Source: Patellaria atrata CBS 101060 (lineage: Eukaryota). From it: a stretch of DNA of 64,000 bases. Location: NCBI GenBank assembly GCA_010093705.1, contig MU006090.1, positions 833,817-897,816 on the forward strand. The letters are read 5' to 3'. How positions within the stretch are numbered: position 1 is the first letter of the stretch; each line of letters starts with the position of its first letter. The notes under the pieces are model-generated. The model worked only from the letters and a program-made list of their open reading frames with translations, was not told the DNA's origin and searched no databases. The translations under genes were made by a program, and so were the position numbers. This document shows, piece by piece, positions 49,815 to 63,439 of the stretch.

Positions 49815-50397
49815 CTATAGGAGATCGTTAGTGATACGATATAAGGTGGGTTGGAGGATATGAATAGGCATCTTAGAAGCGAGTAGAGTAAGAACGATAT
49901 GGGGTCACAAATCGAGAAAATCAGGAGAACAAGTAAGTGAACATCTTGCGCGCGTAGAACGTAGAAGAGATAACTTCGTCCTATCGTACATGAGAAGGGG
50001 TAATTGTTGCTTTGGTTGAAGTTGACAGTGGGCCCGGTACAGAGGAAACAGCATAACCCCTACCCGTCGAGGCCAAAAGCAATGGTGAGTTCGTGTCTTC
50101 CGAAGCGGTGGCTTGGGCTGTCGCTCTCTGTATCGTGCTATCGTCGACCTCTTACAACTGGAAGAAAATGGGGCGCATAAAAATACAGAGAGGAGCACAT
50201 CTTGTTCAAAGAAAGTGAAGCACATATATCGAGGTGAAAAGATTTACAAGCACATCGCTTGAGGTGGTAGTCGTTACAATATGTAGAAAACATGTGCGTA
50301 AAATGCAGAGCAACAACATGCAATGCTAGACATCTTATCATAAAGGGGCATGAAACCGGAACACACCAGAACGATGCAGTGCATGGGGAATTTATCG

Positions 50398-53300
50398 TCA
50401 ATAACCCATATCAACATCTTCAAAAGAAACCTCACCCACATTCTCCGATTCGTCCACATGAGCGGACGGGTTACGCGACCCACCCTCTGCTTCCTCCATC
50501 TCCTCGTCTTCTTCGTCGCTGGAGTTGTTGAAACCACTCAATAATGTCCCACGGTCTCCACTGCCGTCCATAAACCCTCCGCCTGAGGTACCCTCTAGAA
50601 CGTCCATGCTGTCAAGCATACTCGTTCCAAGCCCTCCTCCGGATGCGTTTGAAGGGAGAGTATGAGTTGCTCCCCAATTCATATTGCCTCCGGTAATCGA
50701 GTTCAGTACCGTCTGCCGTGGTCCTGCGTTCATATCTGGACGTACACCTCCAAGTATGGCATTATCCCTCTCACGAGTCTCCGCTAAAGTGTGCTCGACG
50801 TAATGGGTCCACTCTGGTTCTAATATCTTTTGAAGTACCTTGTTCTCAATATCACCCATAGTATGTCTCTCGGCAAACTTCACCACCTCCTCGGCAATTA
50901 GAGTCAGGTGGCCCATGTATCCAAGCCGAACGTTAGTCTCTTTCTGTGCTTTGTCACTGGTTTTTTGACCTTCGATGATACGCTCCGTGATAGCTCCATT
51001 AATGAAGAGATCCTCAGCGAGAACTTTGTTATATCCGCGGTCCATGGGTCCATTGAAAATTTGCTGGACTAGATCATAGACCACATTATGGAGGAAATTG
51101 TTCCACGGAAATCGAAAGAAAAATTGCTAAATCATACCGAGTTAATGGATATTCATCACCACTAGTAACCTGTAATACGTACGAAGATATAAGGGACAAC
51201 CTGATGCTGAACGAACATCATTTTGAGAAGGTCACCAACAACAGGGGATCCGTCGATTTCTTCTTGGTAGGCTGGCGGTTTAATCGGGTTTGGGGTCGAG
51301 GTGCCTGAGGAAGTTAATGACTCGGATTTCTCATCCTTGCTGTCGGAATCGTCTTCTGTTCCCTTAGTGCTTCCGATAGTACCTTGACTGGTAATAGATA
51401 CTGCACTACTACTATTTTGTTGAGAACTTGACGCTTCACTATCTTTCTTATCATCTTTGATTGTACTCTTAGTCATACCGGAGAATAAGGGGGCTGGCTT
51501 ATCATCTGCGTGAGGGGAAAGACTAGGGAGCGGTTCAGGATCCTGTGTTGTAGAGGGTTTACCACTGAGTTGCTCTGTTAGTAGCGATACTAATTGCTTA
51601 CTTGAAGCAGCAGAAGCGGCAGAAGTCGTATCTGATGGCCCCTTCGAAACATCTGAGCCAGAAACATCACCGCTCAATCCAAGCCCTCCGACTTTATCGG
51701 ACAGACCGGTTGGAGAGTCAGCCTGCTCTGTTAATAGTGAAGCGTTCGTTCCGGCAGGCACGGCAGATTTAGGAGCATCGAGCGGCTCGTCTACAAGTTC
51801 GATATGTTCTTGACCCGTTGAATCACTGGGATTGTTTTCAGACCGGTTAGCTTGTGACTTTTCCCGAGCTCGGAGAGCTTTTGCTCGGTCTTCTGCCTCT
51901 ATTGCCTTTGTCTGCTGGTGAGATTCTCTCAGTAATTTGAGTTCCTCTAATACGTCATCGGATTCTGAAACATCTTCAAATTCCTCATCGTCGATCGGAT
52001 GAGATGTTTCTGTATGTTTGATCTCTTCGATCGAATCGCTAGCCGTGGATGGCGCCTTGGTATGATGGAAGCCTTGGCTATCGACACTGTTGCTGAACTC
52101 TGGAGTGGGAGCTTCGTAGGACTGTTCGAACGCTTCCTGTGCTGCTTTCTTAAGTCGTTCCCGCTCCCTATCTCGAGCTCTAATATCTCCTTCAGCTCCC
52201 CGTTCATTTAGAAGTACCATATTGCTACAATGCAGCAGTTCGGCCATTAATTCGCAAGTCTTGAAACGATCAAAACCCAGGGGTTCAATAGTCTCTCCGA
52301 ATGCAGCCTTGAGTTCTCGTTTCTTAACAGTCCTCTTACCGGTAGGATCGGTGGATGATTGCTTATCCCGCGACACAACAGCCATGAAATCAGGAATTGC
52401 TTGTGCAAATTGTCGGAGTAAGCAACCGAGATAAATGGGGTCAGAAGGTTTTGGATAGGGTCCGATGGTGTTGTCCATATCATAATCCGAGTTATTCTTA
52501 CGTATAACTTCGATGATTATTCCTACCCCAACAGTAAGTGGATTCCCACCTTCGAGCATATACTCAATTAAGGTCTTAATACATGGATCGGATACGAGCT
52601 GTCGTGTCAGTTCGTTAGGACCGATAACAGACTGGTCTTGTGTCGTTGCGTTTGCGGAGATCGTGATAACAGCCTTCAGAAAATCCCCAGCAGATGTTTG
52701 TGTGGCGGAACTGTGTTTTGGAGATAGGTAAGAAAGTAGGATGGGTATCATGTTTTGCATTTGCAGCCACTTGTACTAAAGTCAGCGAAACTGAGTTACC
52801 AATATACAAACATATATGGGTGTAGCAGCCAGATACTTACGTCTACAATTCCAACGCCAGACTCGCTTTTCTCTAAACTTATTATTTTCAAGAGTAGATC
52901 CATAACCATGGGGGTATCTACATGCTGAAGTAGATTAGGAACAACATTTTTCAATGTCTTGAAAAATTCTAGCATTTCCTCGGGTTTTCTGTCCAGTAAT
53001 GCGTCGTTGATTTTCGAGAAGTACCCTGCTTGTACTGGATTTAAGGGCGGTGGCTGGTTTAAATACTCCCAGAATTTGCGTAAGGCCTGCTGGTTCTCAA
53101 GAAGAGCTTCCGAGATAGACCAAACTTCTGACGAGAGGATCTCACAAGCAAGGTAGGCGAATTTCACCCGTTGCCTGTCTTCTTTGCTATCTTCTGGTTC
53201 GTCAGCGTCTGGGCTACTTATGCTTCTGCCTCTTGCTTTGCTGAAAAAGCTTTCAAGTGCGGCGACTCTGCTGGATTTTTTACCTGATTCGGATAATGTT

Positions 53301-53521
53301 TGGTCATCGCCTATGTTCCATAAGCCAGGAGCAACGACGAATTCCAGAAGACGCGTTAGAACTTGCTCTTCCCGTATGTACTCGATAAGTTTCGAGTTCT
53401 GCTGTTTCAACTCCTGCAGCATCTCCGACTCCTCGAGTACCTCCTCGATTGTGACATCAGGTTTGTCGAGAAGGGTATCGAGAGTGGAAATGCTGGCGTA
53501 GCCCCCAAACCGCCAAAACAT
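50398..53521 (-). CDS. SIT4 phosphatase-associated protein (SAPS family; Sap155/185/190, Ekc1-like)
   Basis: MFWRFGGYA, LACEILSS, AGYFSKIN, MDLLLKIIS, IEVIRKNNSDYD, PLGFDRFKTCELMAELLHCSNM, FFRFPWNNFLHNVVYD, RLGYMGHLTLIAEEV. Confidence 0.95.
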
Positions 53522-54670
53522 ATTGATTTATAGTATGATCAGTTTAGATATAGAGCGCTTGCGGGAGTAGAGCGAGGGTTGCTGATCTTTGGGAAAGTGA
53601 AACGTTCGTGAACTGGTCATGCGAGCATGTAAAGGTCGTAGCGGGAGGGACGTACTAATCGCGACGCGTCTGTAGGATTCTGCTGGACTCCATGTTAGAT
53701 TGGTGAAAGCTTCACAGAAATCAACTTAGACGGGGAGCAGTGCGTTTACAAGGGGAGAGGTACAAGGACATTTGGATAGGCGGGAGCTAAGTTAATGCTT
53801 CTAGAACAGAGCTTGCAACCACATACTAACCGGTTAATAATTGACGAAAAAGCAAAATATTGAGTGATCGTAACGTTTGCATCAACTGAATGGTCCGAGT
53901 ATGTTCGTGATGACCCAAAGTGGTGTGTTCTCTTGTTGCGGTACAGATGATAGATGGGCGGCGTAACACAATGGATGGGAGTGGGGAGTTCCACTCAGAT
54001 TCAGGTGGGAAGTGGTGAGGACGAAGGAAGTCTGATCAACGCCAAATTACTTTGTACGATTCAGGATTCTTTCAAGGGATTTCTGACAGCACCATAGTAG
54101 CCGATAAAGTGACTGGTACAGGAAACAGAAGTAAGTGAATTGCTCGGACGACAAGCTGGTATAGATGAACAAAGTGCCTGTCCGAGGCCTTCTGATGGGG
54201 TAGTCAAAGCTTGATACATGCACATGAAAATTGCCAACAATATAGGACTGTAGCAGGTAGAAGGCGATGTATTCAAGCTCTTGTATTTATTTTCCTCGAA
54301 TATCAAGGTATCCTTATGGCGGGACTACAGGTCTGCTGGCAGCTTGGCACACGTGGTGGTCGAGAGCCGAGCGAACTGCAACGAACTGGAACAACCGCCA
54401 TGTCTACCGCCTACCTTATTACAGTACGTCTTAAAAACGCCGGAGGCAAGATATTTCAGCAGACACCCGTTCACAGTCATAACCTTGATCAATATACCGC
54501 TGGAATACAATCTGTAAGAAAGATACTTTCTCTACACGCAGATAATACAGTTAGCTCTGCTCTGGACCCGTAACGGACTTCCTAGGATTTATATTCTCGA
54601 TAATAGACCATACAATATTGGATTCTTCCTCCTGTATCATCCCAAGACTATTGACTCTCATATCACAACC

Positions 54671-55360
54671 ATGAATCGACTCTTTGGAGCGAAAAGCACA
54701 GCTCCGAAGCCGACTCTTAACAGTGCCATCTCCAATGTTCGTACCCAGATATCTACTTGAAGGCCAAACTAACGGATGTAGGTCGAATCTCGAATAGAAA
54801 GTGTAGACGTCAAATTAGCTAAACTAAATGCTGAGCTCACTACCTACCAACAACGGTTGGCAAAGATGCGAGATGGGCCAGGAAAGACAGCGATCAAACA
54901 AAAGGCGCTCAAGGTCCTTCAGCAGCGCAAGATGTATGAACAACAACGGGATCAACTGCAGTCTCAGTCCTGGAACATGGAGCAAGCGGGCATGATGCAG
55001 GATAATCTGAAAAATACAATGACCACAGTTGACGCGATGAAGACTACGACGAAAGAGCTCCGGAAGCAGTACGGGAAGGTCGATATCGACAAGATAGAAC
55101 GGATGCAGGATGAAATGGCCGATCTGATGGATATCGGCAATGAGATTCAAGAAAGTATCAGCCGGAGTTATGACATCCCGGAGGACGTTGATGAAGCGGA
55201 GCTTGACGCCGAACTGGAGGCACTCGGAGAAGAAGTGGAACTGGAGGGATTAGGAGCGGAGGGAGAGGGAATGCCTAGCTTCCTGGTGGACGAGACAAAG
55301 CCGCCGCAGTTCATTGACGAGCCTCCAGAGCCCTCTAAAGTCAAAGAAGCAGCGGGTTGA
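54671..55360 (+). CDS. VPS60: ESCRT-III Snf7-family protein Vps60/CHMP5
   Basis: MNRLFGAK, intron 54737-54781, KQKALKVLQQRKMYEQQRDQL..QSWNMEQA, VDIDKIERMQDEMADL, DVDEAELDAELEAL. Confidence 0.95.
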
Positions 55361-55500
55361 GAGAGCAGAGCGGGTGGCCTGTAAGAGTTCCTCTACTGGT
55401 ACCCTTGTCATGCTAATACACGATTCATGAGCAATTCAGCGCATCCTACATCATTCTTCAGCAATAAGCAAACAGGTAGCATAAGTAGGTTACGGAAGAC

Positions 55501-56023
55501 CTTGGCTTGGTCTTGGAATCAACTTTCTCCCGATATCGTGCTTGGCCGATATTACTTTCTCTTGTCTTAAGGTGCCAACCAAGCATGCAACGAATCATGC
55601 GGAAGCAAGAGTTTGGTGTGTCCATACCTTAGTCAGATTACTTTTCTTCCGCGCCGCTCCGCTCCCCTTCCCTTTGAGATAGAAATAGCTGTCACCCGTG
55701 GTAAAAGGAACACAATTTAAAGGACGGAATGTGTTCTGTACAGAAATGGCGAAGTGTAACACCTAATCCTTTCTTTGACCAAAAATTCTGGTACCGAAGA
55801 GCAGCCGGTTTCGCCAACTTAAAATGTAGCCCCACGGCGGGGAAGGGGCGGGATGCCAAGTATTTCCATCCTTGGCACCACGTACTGTTGATCTCAACGA
55901 TCTGTGTATGAACTGATGTACACATGCGTTCAACCATACCCGAGAACCAAGCAGTTTAGGTTGCTTGACCTTCTTGTCCGAGTATACTTTGCCTTGCTAT
56001 TATCATGATTAACCTGAGCCAAG
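55501..56023. promoter_or_regulatory. Cluster of five PacC/Rim101 GCCARG sites upstream of ENA1
   Basis: CTTGGC at 55501, 55541 and 55871; GCCAAG at 55855 and 56018. Confidence 0.6.
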
Positions 56024-56318
56024 CTTCACAGTTCTTATGTGCTGGCAGCGATGAAATCCTTTGGTACAGTACAGTACTAGGCGGGGACGATGAGGAAACA
56101 GATCGAAATCGGGATTGAGCTGTCTGTGGGACTATATAAAACGTTCCGCCCAGCATCCGAGAAACTAGATCTCCTCATTTCATCATCAACTTGTTTTGTT
56201 AAACTAAGGAGATTTGTTGATACATCATCATATGTACCCTAACTCCTCTCTTATTTTATCTGATACCTCACCGTCATCACACTCGCTCACTTAGATATAA
56301 CATAGTAAGAGCTCCGTA

Positions 56319-59300
56319 ATGGGCTCTAGCAAAGATACCACCACACAAGGTCCGGAGTACGAGAAGCATCCGTTTCAACTCTCAGTCGATCATGTCAAGG
56401 CTTTCCTGGGAACAGACCTTGAATCCGGCTTGAGCGATGCTCAGGTAAAGGAACTACGAACCAAATATGGAGAGAATAAGTTAACTACAGATTCGGGTGT
56501 TAAGTGGTACACTGTGCTGGGAAAGCAAATCAGCAATGCTATGATCTTGGTAAGTCCATACAAGACTCGTTTGATGGAAACCCTCAGCAACTGATCAGGG
56601 GTCAGGTTCTTGTACTGGCCATGGCTGTCTCCTTCGGAGTTCAGGATTGGATCGAAGCTGGTGTTATTTCCGCTATCATCGTTGTCAATGTGATGATCGG
56701 GTTCTTCCAAGAGTTTCAAGCGGAAAAGAAGATGGACGCCCTCAAAGCACTTTCTTCCCCTACGGCAAATGTTCTACGAAATGGTACTGTAGACGCCATC
56801 CCCTCACTCGAGGTTGTTCCAGGTGACATTTGCATGATCAAGACGGGTGATACCATTCCCGCCGACCTCCGGATATTCGAAGCAATGAACTTAGAATGTG
56901 ACGAAAAGATACTGACCGGCGAAGCGATTCCTGTCGCTAAGGAATACGAAACCGACTTCTCCAATGACGATCCCCTAGCAACCGGTGTAGGTGATCGTGT
57001 CAATATGGCCTACTCATCAGCGACCGTTACGAAAGGCCGGGGGCAAGGTATTGTCGTGTTCACTGGTATGCACACTGAAATTGGAAAAATTGCAGCGTCC
57101 ATGCAAGGGAAGACAAGGAAACCCAATAGGTCCATGTCCAGGAAGAAGCATGGTCCTCTACAACCTGTCAAAGGCGGTGCTCTCCGTACATGGGATAGTA
57201 TTGGCAAATTCCTCGGTCTTACAGTTGGTACACCGCTTCAAATTAAGTTATCGAAGCTTGCATACATACTCTTTGGTTTTGCTATCCTGTTGGCCATCAT
57301 TGTATTCGGTGTAAACAGGTTCAATGTCACGAGTGAGGTAGCCATTTACGCTATTTCAACTGGTAAGTCATTCACCTTTCCCTCATCGCCATGTCACTCT
57401 ACTGACCATACTAGGTATTGCTATGATCCCCGAATCTTTAATTGCTGTTCTTACAATTACTTTCGTCACCGGTATGACTCAGATGCGGAAACGCCAGGTC
57501 CTTACTCGGAAGCTCAGTGCTCTCGAAGCCCTTGGAGGTATTACCAATATCTGCTCTGACAAGACAGGTACTCTCACGCAAGGAAAGATGATCACCCGTA
57601 AAGCATGGATCCCAGGTGTCGGGATTTACTTCGTCAATAACGCTGACGATGCTGCAAACCCGAAGAAGGGTAGCGTCGCACTGGGGGTAGCCAAATCCCG
57701 AGAAGAGATGGCTGCGGATAAGAGAGCGCGTGAGGAAGAACTCGATCGACTGCGTAGTTCCGCTGCTCTCACATTTGACGAACCGGCCGAAAAGACTAAA
57801 CGTGATCAACTCCGACATCAAGATGAAAGGGGTGAGAAGCAAAGCTTGGACGAGTCTGAGAATTTTGATATGGTGCCCGAACTCGAAGCCTTCCTTCATT
57901 CGACTGCGCTTTGTAATCTTGCAACCGTACGTTATAATGAGAAGGAGAGCAAATGGCAGACTACTGGTGATCCAACCGAAGTTGCTCTGCAGGTTTTCGC
58001 TCATCGTTTCGAATATGGGAAGAAGTCACTTGTAGAATCTAAGGGTTGGAAGCAATGCTACGAGTATCCCTTTGATAGCACCGTCAAGCGGATGTCAGTC
58101 GTGTACAATGCTCCGGGGGAGAAACAGGAGACTATTATTTTCACAAAGGGTGCCGTCGAACGGATCATCGATCTCTGCACGTCTATTGGTGTTGGCGAAC
58201 ATAATCAACAAATGACCGACCAGATCAAGGAATCCATTCTCGATCAAATGGCCATCTTCGCCGACCAAGGTCTGCGTGTTCTTGGAATCGCTCAGAGGAG
58301 GTGGGAAGGTGAAGTAATCACCGAGAAGTCAGAGATCCACCGCGAGGAAATTGAGAAGGATCTTACGCTCCTCGGTCTTGCTGGTCTTTACGATCCTCCA
58401 CGACTTGAAACTAAGGATGCTGTCAGGGAGTGTACAAACGCCGGCATTCGAGTGCACATGCTTACAGGTGATCATCCTGGAACGGCTTCCGCAATTGCTA
58501 AAGAAGTGGGCATTATTCCCAAGGATCTCACTATCCTTCCACACGACGTTGCCGAGTCTCTCGTGAAGACTGCGGCCGAATTCGACGGCATGACGGACGA
58601 TGAAATCGACCAGATGCCCGAACTTCCTTTGGTCATTGCTCGTTGCGCTCCTCATACCAAGACTCGTATGATTGCAGCTCTTCATCGCCGGGAGCGGTAT
58701 GCTGCTATGACCGGCGACGGTGTTAACGATGGTCCTAGTTTGCAAGCGGCTGACGTTGGTATTGCAATGGGTCTTGCAGGCTCTGATGTCGCCAAAGGTG
58801 CTTCGGATATTGTACTTACGGATGACAACTTCGCCAGCATCGTCAATGCTATTGAAGAAGGTCGTCGCATGTTCGATAATATTCAGAGATTCGTCCTTCA
58901 TCTTCTCACCTCTAATGTCGGCGAAGTTGTACTCCTTGTCTGCGGACTTGGTTTTCAGGATCGACATGGCTTCTCTGTCTTCCCCTTGTCGCCTCTACAG
59001 ATTCTCTGGATCAACATGGTAACATCTGGTTTCCCTGCGTTCGGTCTCGGACGAGAGAAAGCTTCATATAATATCATGTCAAGACCACCACACGATCTGA
59101 AGAAAGGTGTTTTCACCTGGCAGATCATCGCCGACATGCTCGTATATGGTACTCTTATGGGGATGCTCACACTCTTCACCTTCATCATCATCGTCTACGG
59201 TCCCGGCGTTGACAGCCTCGGTGTCGACTGCAACCGATCCTACAACGATCGGAATCCAGAAGACACTTGTGACACCGTATTCCGGGCTCGCGCCGCCGTG

Positions 59301-59822
59301 TTCGCCGAACTCACCTGGTTGATCCTCATCTCCGCCTGGGAGATCAAAGGAATTCGCCGCAGTATGTTTCGTCTCGATCCCCGCTCCGAATCCAAGTTCC
59401 CACTCTTCCAAGATCTATGGGCAAACAAATTTCTCTTCTTCTCTGTCCTCATCGGCTCACTCATCGTCTTTCCCTGCATCTACATCCCTGGTTTCAACAC
59501 CGTCTTCTTTAAGCATCGGCCAATTTCTTGGGAACTCGCGCTCTCCATCGGTGCCGTCTTTGTCTTTGTCGCTGGCATGGAATTGTGGAAGTTGACGAAG
59601 AGGACGTTTGGCTGGTTTGCGGCTAGTGAGGATGAAGACGGCATTCCAGGCAGGATCAGTCATAGGAGGGATAAGTTGAGCTTGAGGCAGGGCTTCTTTT
59701 CTTTTTCGAGGACGGCGAGTTTGGCGAAGCAGGAGAGTACTGCGGCTAGCATCTCTGGTAGAATTCAGAATCCTCCCAGGACTGATCCACAAAGGGTTGC
59801 TAATAGCACCCAACAGGTGTAA
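56319..59822 (+). CDS. ENA1: P-type IID Na+/K+ efflux ATPase
   Basis: QEFQAEKKMDALK, LTGE, MIPESL, CSDKTGTLT, KGAVE, DPPR, MLTGDH, TGDGVNDG; introns ~56550-56606 and ~57362-57414. Confidence 0.96.
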
Positions 59823-61162
59823 GGGATGGATGATGTAGTTGATTTTGCTGGCGGCTATGAAACAAATTGTGGTTTTCAAGGCGTTGGTGGGCAAGAGATA
59901 CCTGACTAACCTAATGAGGAAGATTTTAGGACTTGAAATAGTTGTTTGGAATTATACGATACCTCTCCTCTGTGACCTCCGGTTCTCTAACTCTTCCGGG
60001 TGAACTGAGTTCGTTCCACGTGATCCTACTACCAAATACAAGCTGGTGAAGTATAACATCAACCTCGCATTCTATCTCCGCCTGTAATCCAAAACACCCA
60101 CCGACACCAAGCCTCATGAAAAATCTCCATCACAAATACTTCCAAACCCCCGTCCCTTAAACCCAGCCGTAGCACCAAACCTCGCCACTCCCTCCGATCA
60201 ACCTGTCCAGCACAACCCCAACCCGCGGCGTAGATGGAAATAAACCATCCCAGCCAATCATCCTACCTCATCCAAGTAGCCTGAGACTCACAGTAAATAC
60301 GAAACCAGAGAGACACACCCCCTTAAACCAGCACACCCCATCTCATCCCCGTAAGAAGCCCATCTCACCGCTATAGCAGCCTCAGCTCCTACAGTACAAG
60401 TATCCCAGGGCCCCCAAATCAGGCCCTTCCCTTCTGCTCTCCCAACTACCTTCCGGTGAGAGATCTCATTCGGGATTCTGCCTATCCGCTGCTGTCTACG
60501 GTACCTCAAGGTAAGGGCGGGCGGGGCGGAGCGCGGTTCAGCGCTGGTGTTGTGTGAGGTCCGCGAGATATTTTAGTCTAAGGTAGGTGTGTACGTGGCG
60601 TGCGATTGGTCCACGCTGAAGTCCCTGAAGGGGCTTAGCTTTTTTCCTAGTTTCGCTGCAGGGCTGGCTCAAAGGGTTGGTCACGTGCGTTACACGAAAG
60701 GGGAAAGAAACCTAAGGATCGTGGATGTGGACTTTTCGACCGGAAACGATCACGAGGGATACGAAACAGACACAGAATTTGTTCATGGCTTTTTGATCTG
60801 AATTATGTCCCTTCTCCGTGCTGCGTATATGCAGAACTGTAGGAACTAAAAAGGTTACCTAGCTACTGCCCTGCCTTGCCACCAACTTGCCATTCACTCC
60901 AGAATAAATCCCATATACCAAATCAGACACTTTGGCCGATATTCCCATGAAAATGCGCAAATATTGAACGCCTGTGCAATGCAACTCGCTAATCGAAACG
61001 CACTTTGAAATGACACAACCAGCCAGCAGAGGCGTCATAACTCGAAATCTAGTGAAGTAGATTTCCCAACATTCGTAATAGATTTCCGTCCATCTATCAT
61101 AAGCCATTTCAACAAAAGAAATGCATCAAAGTAATTCATGTGAGTGAGACAGAGTGAAAATA

Positions 61163-62314
61163 TCAGTGAGCCCTGGTGGAATAAGTATTTCCCCCAAGTA
61201 TCCTCGTGAAAAAGTTCCCCCCAGCGATCTTCGGTTTCTTCGCTGGCTTCTCGTCTTCCATCATGGGAAGCATGTGAGTAGAAACCTTAGCGGGAGCCGG
61301 GATGTGCACAATAGTAGGTTGGCTCTCTAAATCGTAGCGTTGGTAAGAGTAGTCTTGTTCCGAGATGTCCACATAGGACTCTGGCTCAAGGGACGAGGCG
61401 GGGGACGACGCCTGGTAAGAGTCTGCAGTCGAAGCGGCAGAGGAGGAGCGCGAGGGTGGTGAGAGAGACGGTGTGCGCGAGACTGCGCGCGAGGAAGGTG
61501 TGGGATACGCACCCCTCGACCGTGATCGTTGGTGGTAGGCTGAGTAGGAGTCGACAGCATACGAGGAGTAAGAAGCCGGGGAGGAGGAGTAGACAGGTGC
61601 TTCCAGGTGGTAGCGGCGGAGGTTGTCTGTGCTGAGGGCCATCTGTTGTTGCTTCCTTTGAGCTAGTTCTTGCTCCCTCTGGCGGAGTCGGGCTTTCTCC
61701 ACTTGGCGGGCCTGATGCTGGCGGATAGGAGCGAGGAAAGGCTCAAGATGTTGATATAAATCCTCGGGATTGATCCTTAGGTCCCAGTCAAGAAGGAAGA
61801 GGAGCTGCTTCTCCATAAGATTAACTTCAGTAACGCTGAAGCCAAAGCTCTCATATCCGCGAACTGCACTGTAGCGAGCCCAGTGCTTGTTCTTGGGAGA
61901 AGAATCGTTGAGATTCTTAGCGGCAAGGATAAGGGATGCAAGGAAGATCCGGTGAACGGTACATCGCATTCCCTTGGCAACAGGAGGTAGGCGTTCTTGT
62001 AACCTGCTAAGATAGACAAGAGATGTCATCAAAGTCGGAACCTGAACGTGTGACCTCTCAACGAGAGAAGTGATGAAAGATTCCACGGAAGGGAGGGTTG
62101 AGTCACGTGGGGGTAGGCAGGGAGGATGTTGAGCGTGTGGTGGAGTTGAAGGTGGAGTAGGAGGTAAGCTCTTGTCAACGACTGGTTGTTCACATCGAAT
62201 GACCTGTGAAGCTTTGAGTGCGAGGTAGCTGATCATATCCTTCGATACTGGAAGTTGAATGAAGTAATCAAGGGCGGCCTTATTTTGGACATCTGTAGGT
62301 AATGAAGAAGCCAT
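61163..62314 (-). CDS. PCL1: Pho85 cyclin, Pcl1/Pcl2 subfamily
   Basis: [77 protein letters not shown]; Ser/Pro-rich tail. Confidence 0.93.
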   Translation of the reverse strand: MASSLPTDVQNKAALDYFIQLPVSKDMISYLALKASQVIRCEQPVVDKSLPPTPPSTPPHAQHPPCLPPRDSTLPSVESFITSLVERSHVQVPTLMTSLVYLSRLQERLPPVAKGMRCTVHRIFLASLILAAKNLNDSSPKNKHWARYSAVRGYESFGFSVTEVNLMEKQLLFLLDWDLRINPEDLYQHLEPFLAPIRQHQARQVEKARLRQREQELAQRKQQQMALSTDNLRRYHLEAPVYSSSPASYSSYAVDSYSAYHQRSRSRGAYPTPSSRAVSRTPSLSPPSRSSSAASTADSYQASSPASSLEPESYVDISEQDYSYQRYDLESQPTIVHIPAPAKVSTHMLPMMEDEKPAKKPKIAGGNFFTRILGGNTYSTRAH

Positions 62315-63425
62315 GATGATGGATATGTTGGTCGACGAAGAGGTCCAAGTTGGGGAAGGTAAGATATTTTATGAGGATAGAGAACGTATTGTTCTATTGA
62401 TCAAGGCTGAACAATAAGCTGATTGAAGAATATGCCTATCGAGGCGGCGACGAGCAATGAAGAAGTGGCTGTAAGTCGAGTATTGTACTAAGGTATTTAG
62501 TACCTTACTATTGTGGGGGATCCGCGAGGCTAAGGATAGAGTTGGTCCAGGGGTAACACGGGTCACAAAGCTATCCGATGTTATGCTTTGCGATAGGATT
62601 TGATGTTGTTGGTAGTAACTTCTTGAAGCGTAAGCTGATCGAGGCTGTACGTATCAGGAAGTTGCGGACCCAAGCGAGAAATGGACTGCAAGTAAACAAG
62701 GGGGTACGGTATTAAAGATGATTGTTAAATGCTATCCCGACCTGCGGAAATATAGTATAAAAAAATATGATGGACGATGAAAATTTTCTTTAAGTGATAC
62801 CTGAATCGTCAGGATGTCCTGGAGGCACTGCCTACTTTGAAAAGTGATGGTGTTGAGAGAAAAGGTGAGGTTGAATCGCCGAGGGCTGTGCCTGGCAGTA
62901 AAGGATCTAGAAGTTCGGGAGTAGGCGTTCCTTTGCTAAGGCCGGGGCCGCCGATTTTCCGAAGAGGCGATGAAAATGGAGGATGTTGTTTGAATGAATG
63001 AAGTAGTCAAAACAACGGGCGAGGCACAGGACTTTTTAATCCTGAGCACCTTGCCTTTGGGTCTTAAATGTTCCAATTGCGGCCTGTTAGGAGGTCTTCG
63101 AGATCTCTAGGGAGGCAGTCGACGGAATTCTCAACTTTCTCAATGATTGGGTGTTCTGATCGCTGGCGCAAAGTAACCCTTGTCTGACGCGCAGATTCGA
63201 GCGCGGCAGGAGAAACAGTGGTTGGCTGTCTCAGCTTCTTCTCCCAGAATCTCGTGCTTCTGTTAATTCCTAGGGAGTTAGAGTCAAAAGGCGCGTTTCA
63301 AACTTTGCTGGCTACAATCAACCGCCAACGAGTGATAGCCCCGCCTTCTGTTTGCAATCGATGACTCTATTTCTGCACTACCCAATCTCCTTGAGCGAGT
63401 ACAGTCCTAGGTTCCCTGGAAGGAG

Positions 63426-63439
63426 TTTCGTGTTTCGCG
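63426..63439 (-). promoter_or_regulatory. Tandem SCB-like sites (CGCGAAA and CACGAAA) upstream of the cyclin
   Basis: TTTCGTG-TTTCGCG back to back, ~1.1 kb 5' of the cyclin ATG. Confidence 0.4.
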
